A DNA stretch of 64,000 bases from assembly GCA_040387495.1 (NCBI GenBank), contig JAZKDQ010000001.1:124001-188000 (forward strand). The letters run 5' to 3'. This stretch comes from Pseudomonadota bacterium. GTDB lineage: Bacteria; Pseudomonadota; Alphaproteobacteria; Paracaedibacterales; CAIOTO01. The notes under the pieces were generated by a model. The model did no database searches. It was given only the letters and a program-made list of their open reading frames with translations, and was not told the DNA's origin. Position 1 is the first letter of the stretch. Every line of letters begins with the position of its first letter. Shown in pieces: positions 62,004 to 64,000 of the stretch. A program made the translations under genes and the position numbers.

Positions 62004-62786
62004 ATGAAGAATTTTATATTATTTTTGGTTTTTAAAATATCTACTAATGTTTATGCTCATCAACTTGAAGAGAATAAACCAACCAAGCAGAATACCGCAG
62101 TGCTTTGCATGGACATGATAAATAGTTTTTTCCAGCGTGAAGAGGGAGATTTAATCAATTCTGGCAAAGATGAATTTCCAGTGAACGACGCAAATAATAA
62201 TTTTGTTTCTTGTGTGAATAGTGTATTAACTCAATTTTATTCTAACAACATTGTGTATGTATATGATTGCTATCCTGAAAATCACTTAACGGATGTTGTT
62301 AACTACCCCGGCTTTAATGCATTTGATATAATTCCTTTTACAGTTGCTGGGTGTCAGGTACAAAATATGTGGCCAAAGCATGCTAAACCAGGGAGTTTAG
62401 GAGCCAATTTTCATCAGAATTTATCATTTTTAAGTAGTAATAAGCTTTTGAAAGCTACTGATGTAGAAACAGATTCTTTTACGGCCTTTATGGATAAGGA
62501 TAGAAAGGGAGTTCCTGCATTTGAAAATGGACACACTTTGGAAGATTTCCTGAAGCAGAAAAACATTAAGCATGTGGTGCTTGTGGGGGTAGATCCTAAA
62601 CATTGTATTTTTGGTAGTGGATGGCACGCGGCTCAATTGGGTTTTAAGGCATATGTGGTTAATGATGCAATTCGCACTGGGAATATGCATTCCCTAATAA
62701 GACCTTTTGAAGAGGAGGGTGGAGAAGTTATTCAACGTAATGACCTTTCCAATTATTTTCCATGGGTATCTGCAGCAGCCAGTTGA
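62004..62786 (+). CDS. Isochorismatase/nicotinamidase (PncA-like) family protein with signal peptide
   Basis: LCMDM.NSF, WPKH, K....TDSFTAF, GVDPKHCI, A.LGF; N-terminus ends VYA. Confidence 0.82.
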   Translation: MKNFILFLVFKISTNVYAHQLEENKPTKQNTAVLCMDMINSFFQREEGDLINSGKDEFPVNDANNNFVSCVNSVLTQFYSNNIVYVYDCYPENHLTDVVNYPGFNAFDIIPFTVAGCQVQNMWPKHAKPGSLGANFHQNLSFLSSNKLLKATDVETDSFTAFMDKDRKGVPAFENGHTLEDFLKQKNIKHVVLVGVDPKHCIFGSGWHAAQLGFKAYVVNDAIRTGNMHSLIRPFEEEGGEVIQRNDLSNYFPWVSAAAS

Positions 62787-63001
62787 TTGCTTTAAATCGA
62801 GGAGCTTGTTTTTTTATTGGAAAGTAAGGCTGTGAATCTTAATTTCCAATCTGTCATTTTAAAGTCATAGGGAATATTTTTATGCAAAGTGTTTTGTTGA
62901 GTAGGAGTAGGCTATGCAAAACACCTAACATTTCCATTTCTCCCTTTCAAATCCCAACACAATCCTCCATAATTAAATAAAATTTATGAAAAATAGTCAT
63001 T

Positions 63002-64000
63002 ATGTCTGCAGAAACACGTGATCGGTTTATAACGTACTACACAAATGAAATGACGTATCTACGTCATGCCGGCCATGCTTTTTCGCAAACACATCCTAAA
63101 ATCGCACGGCGCCTAGAATTATCAGACAAAGAATCACCTGACCCACACACAGAACGCTTACTTGAATCCTTTGCATTCTTAACAGCACGTCTGGCACAAG
63201 AAATTGACAATCGATTTCCAGAATCTGCAGGCGCCTTGTTGCAGGTGCTCTACCCGCATCTTGTGAATCCTATCCCATCGATGAGCGTTGCGCATTTCGA
63301 GACAGACCCAACAAAAGGGAAAATCACGAAAAGTCATACTATTGATAAAGGTGCATCGTTATTTTGTTATGCAAGCGATGATGTCGTTTGTAAATTTAGA
63401 ACTACTTATCCGGTAACATTGTTACCTGTAGAGCTTTCTGACGCTGATTTAGTGCAACGAACACATGACTCAAATGTACACCATGCTTGGCATTTAAGGC
63501 TGACACTTAATACTTTTGGCGGCACTGCTATGGCCGATGTTGAGCTTGATCACCTTATATTTCATATATCCGCTAATCGCCAGCTCGCTTATTCTATTTA
63601 TGAATGCTTATTTTCACAGAAACAGATTCGTCTTTTTGTGCGCACAAAAGATGGAGAGCAGACACTTGAATTACCCAAAGATTCTATTGTACCTATGGGA
63701 TTTGGCTCAGATGAAATGATGCTGCCCACGCCGCCGCATGGCACAAATGCTTTTTTGTTGCTGCAAGAATTCTTTCATCTTCCGGAAAAATTCATGTTTT
63801 TCAAAGTATTAAATTTGGATAAAATCAAGGATTCTTTTTCTTTAGAATCAGACTCGCTTGAACTATACATATCCCTCGGTGAAATTGGTAGTTTGCTCGA
63901 TCATAAAATAACAAAGGACAATTTTTTACTTGGTTGCACACCAATTGTGAACTTGTTTAAGAAAACAACCGACCCATTACGGCTTGATCGACGTAAAATT
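63002..64000 (+). CDS. tssF: Type VI secretion baseplate subunit TssF (3' end outside window)
   Basis: Translated by hand: YY..EM.YLR...F...HPKIARRL, DPHTERLLESFAFLTAR, LYPH...PIPSMS, LLQEFF..PEKF.F, LGCTPIVNLF. Confidence 0.96.
   Translation, partial: MSAETRDRFITYYTNEMTYLRHAGHAFSQTHPKIARRLELSDKESPDPHTERLLESFAFLTARLAQEIDNRFPESAGALLQVLYPHLVNPIPSMSVAHFETDPTKGKITKSHTIDKGASLFCYASDDVVCKFRTTYPVTLLPVELSDADLVQRTHDSNVHHAWHLRLTLNTFGGTAMADVELDHLIFHISANRQLAYSIYECLFSQKQIRLFVRTKDGEQTLELPKDSIVPMGFGSDEMMLPTPPHGTNAFLLLQEFFHLPEKFMFFKVLNLDKIKDSFSLESDSLELYISLGEIGSLLDHKITKDNFLLGCTPIVNLFKKTTDPLRLDRRKI

Noticed and set aside
1911..63719. Many short antisense or alternate-frame ORFs nested in long genes (e.g. 7306-7689, 16909-17403, 63516-63719)
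   Set aside because: Shadow frames of well-supported genes, with no motifs of their own.

Overview
About 55 protein-coding genes from an AT-rich bacterial chromosome. The gene set (FzlA-type GST, COQ7, alpha-type RpoZ, TssF, patatin, Sel1 protein) points to an alphaproteobacterium, most likely a Holosporales-like protist endosymbiont; this is an inference, not a database result. The window is mostly housekeeping genes (proS, lepA, rnd, murEF, dnaB, znuCB, dut, acs, lpxC, mnmA, mutL, rnr, dusB, prfA, gyrA, uppS-cdsA, lgt, spoT-rpoZ, cysS, hflX) in fragmented operons, with single accessory genes between them, many with signal-peptide-like N-termini. I recognised no rRNA, tRNA, CRISPR array, integrase or transposase. 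Main observations: (1) a 1,200-bp integrase-less cassette carrying a Sel1-repeat gene, bounded by two diverged copies of the mutL 3' end that share a 108-bp identical core; (2) a dusB-fis pair whose Fis looks like an isolated alphaproteobacterial NtrC C-terminus; (3) an in-frame SdhE-GrpB fusion; (4) a signal-peptide protein with an insertion-interrupted receiver domain; (5) MITE-like and palindromic elements around an FKBP gene, followed by a secreted-looking nicotinamidase homolog and a T6SS tssF gene that runs off the window end and is absent from the ORF track.
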